In this document: positions 61,901 to 64,000 of the stretch, in pieces | Numbering within the stretch: the first letter of the stretch is position 1 | How the letters are laid out: every line of letters begins with the position of its first letter | NCBI RefSeq assembly: GCF_009914755.1 | Contig: NC_060925.1 | Reading direction: 5' to 3' (one strand) | Length of the DNA stretch: 64,000 nucleotides | Source: the human T2T-CHM13v2.0 reference genome, Homo sapiens | Notes under the pieces: model-generated | Seen by the model: only the letters and a program-made list of their open reading frames with translations | Database searches by the model: none | Told to the model about the DNA's origin: nothing | Program-made: the position numbers and the translations under genes

Positions 61901-63319
61901 AGAATCTTCGAACGGACCCGAATGGAATCATCTAATGGAATGGAATGGAATAATCCATGGACTCGAATGCAATCATCATCGAATGGAATCGAATGGAATC
62001 ATCGAATGGACTCGAATGGAATAATCATTGAACGGAATCGAATGGAATCATCATCGGATGGAAATGAAAGGAGTCATCATCTAATGGAATTGCATGGAAT
62101 CATCATAAAATGGAATCGAATGGAATCAACATCAAATGGAATCAAATGGAATCATTGAACGGAATTGAATGGAATCGTCATCGAATGAATTGAATGCAAT
62201 CATCGAATGGTCTCGAATGGAATCATCTTCAAATGGAATGGAATGGAATCATCGCATAGAATCGAATGGAATTATCATCGAATGGAATCGAATGGAATCA
62301 ACATCAAACGGAAAAAAACGGAATTATCGAATGGAATCGAAGAGAATCATCGAATGGACCCGAATGGAATCATCTAATGGAATGGAATGGAATAATCCAT
62401 GGACTCGAATGCAATCATCATCGAATGGAATCGAATGGAATCATCGAATGGACTCGAATGGAATAATCATTGAACGGAATAGAATGGAATCATCATCGGA
62501 TGGAAATGAATGGAATCGACATCGAATGGAATCGAATAGAATTATGGAATGAAATCCAGTGTGATCATCATCGAATGGACCCGAATGGAATCATCATCCA
62601 ACGGAAGCTAATGGAATCAACATCGAATGAATCAAATGGAAACACCATCGAATTGAAACGAATGGAATTATCATGAAATTGAAATGGATGGACTCATCAT
62701 CGAATGGATTCGAATGGAATCATCGAATAAAATTGATTGAAATCATCATCGAATGGAATCGAATGGTATCATTGAATGGAATCGAATGGAATCATCATCA
62801 GATGGAAATGAATGGAATCGTCATAGAATGGAATCGAATGGATTCATTGAATGGAATCAGATGGAATCATCGAATGGACTGGAATGGAATCATTGAATGG
62901 ACTCGAAAGGGATCATTATTGAATGGAATTGAATGGAATCATCGAATGGTCTCGATTGGAATCATTATCAAATGGAATCGAATGGAATCACCGAATAGAA
63001 TCGAATGGAACAATCATCGAATGGACTCAAATGGAATTATCCTCAAATGAAATCGAATGGAATTATCGAATGCAATCGAATGGAATTATCGAATGCAATC
63101 GAATAGAATCATCGAATGGACTCGAATGGAATCATCGAATGGAATGGAATGGAACAGTCAATGAACTCGAATGGAATCATCATTGAATGGAATCGAATGG
63201 AATCATCGAGTGGAATCGAATGGAATTATGATCAAATGGAATCGAATGTAATCATCATCAAATGGAATCAAAAATAACCATCATCAATTGGTATTGAATG
63301 GAATTGTCATCAAATGGAA

Positions 63320-64000
63320 TTCAAAGAATCATCATCAAATGGAACTGAATGGAATCCTCATTGAATGGAAATGAAAGGGGTCATCATCTAATGGAATCGC
63401 ATGGAATCATCATCAAATGGAATCGAATGGAATCATCATCAAATGGAATCTAATGGAATCATTGAACAGAATTGAATGGAATCGTCATCGAATGAATTGA
63501 ATGCAATCATCGAATGGTCTCGAATGTAATCACATTCTAATGGAAAGGAATGGAATCATCGCATAGAATCGAATGGAATTAACATTGAATGGACTCGAAT
63601 GGAATCAACATCAAACGGAATCAAGCGGAATTATCGAATGGAATCGTAGAGAATCATCGAATGGACTCGAATGGAATCATCTAATGGAATGGAATGGAAT
63701 AATCCACGGACCCGAATGCAATCATCATCGTATAGAATCGAATGGAATCATCGAATGGACTCGAATGGAATAATCATTTAACGGAATCGAATGGAATAAT
63801 CTTCGGATGGAAACGAATGGAATCATCATCGAATGGAAATGAAAGGAGTCATTATCTAATGGAATTGCATGGAATCATCATAAAATGGAATCGAATGGAA
63901 TCAACATCAAATGGAATCAAATGGAATCATTGAACGGAATTGAATGGAATCGTCATAGAATGAATTCAATGCAATCATCGAATGGTCTCGAATGGAATCA
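63320..64000 (+). repeat. Divergent A*-type segment running off the window end
   Basis: GAATGTAATCACATTCTAATGG, ATTAACATTG, GGAATCAAGCGG, ATCCACGG and CATCGTATAG markers, plus additional private changes. Confidence 0.85.

Larger units (their letters stand above)
1..64000 (+). repeat. Human Satellite II (HSat2/HSATII) tandem array, about 1.77 kb unit, probably chr1q12 pericentromeric heterochromatin
   Basis: Continuous GGAAT/CGAAT/ATCATC motifs (reverse strand CATTCGATTC, diagnostic of HSat2 rather than HSat3). The 1776 bp period is read from repeated anchors (309, 2085; 5143, 6919; 13322, 15098, 16874, 18650 and others). One conserved GAATTC per full unit (149, 1925, ...). The family call is near certain; the chr1 assignment comes from the known 1.77 kb EcoRI period. 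Confidence 0.97.

Noticed and set aside
309-63933. About 200 ORFs of 60-163 aa (MESSSNE..., MELSSNG..., MKLKWMD...)
   Set aside because: They are translations of GGAAT/ATC repeats (M, E, W, N, G, I, S, R, H). They overlap in several frames, are broken freely by indels and stops, and show no domain signal. The + strand-only bias arises because TCATCA reads TGATGA on the minus strand.
1-64000. CRISPR-like or other repeat-spacer array
   Set aside because: There are no unique spacers, no constant direct repeat and no cas genes; all intervening sequence is itself satellite.
1-64000. HSat3 (e.g. DYZ1 or chr9), alpha satellite or telomeric repeat
   Set aside because: There are no long pure (GGAAT)n runs, no 171 bp period or CENP-B box, and no TTAGGG. 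The ATCATCGAATGG-rich 23/26 bp structure is HSat2.
1-64000. Embedded transposon (Alu/L1), inversion or unique-sequence island
   Set aside because: None seen on reading through; every anchor interval is explained by satellite-internal indels.

Overview
The whole 64 kb window is one uninterrupted, single-orientation array of human Satellite II (HSat2/HSATII). It is built from degenerate GGAAT pentamers in 23-26 bp ATCATCGAATGGAATCGAATGGA-type subunits, with GGAAT on the + strand. The subunits form a 1776 bp unit with one conserved EcoRI site, which matches the classical 1.77 kb chromosome 1q12 satellite (pUC1.77/D1Z1-type); the chromosome assignment rests on established knowledge, not a search. 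I find no genes, RNA genes, transposons or CRISPR arrays, and every listed ORF is a translation artefact of the satellite. I found no novel protein-coding system. The real structure is in the array itself. Using a fixed anchor (the ATG in ACAGAATTGAATGG), 38 unit starts give 37 intervals: 18 are exactly 1776 bp and 19 are variants (783, 1063 x3, 1308, 1749, 1750 x2, 1766 x3, 1771, 1773 x2, 1775, 1922 x2, 2218 x2). Each unit has an internal 468 bp duplication (blocks A and B) plus a unique block C. The variants reveal nested higher-order duplications of 3698, 6365, 2839 and 9309 bp, a divergent A* subfamily at four positions, and variants shared between distant units. All comparisons were made by eye, so breakpoints are approximate.
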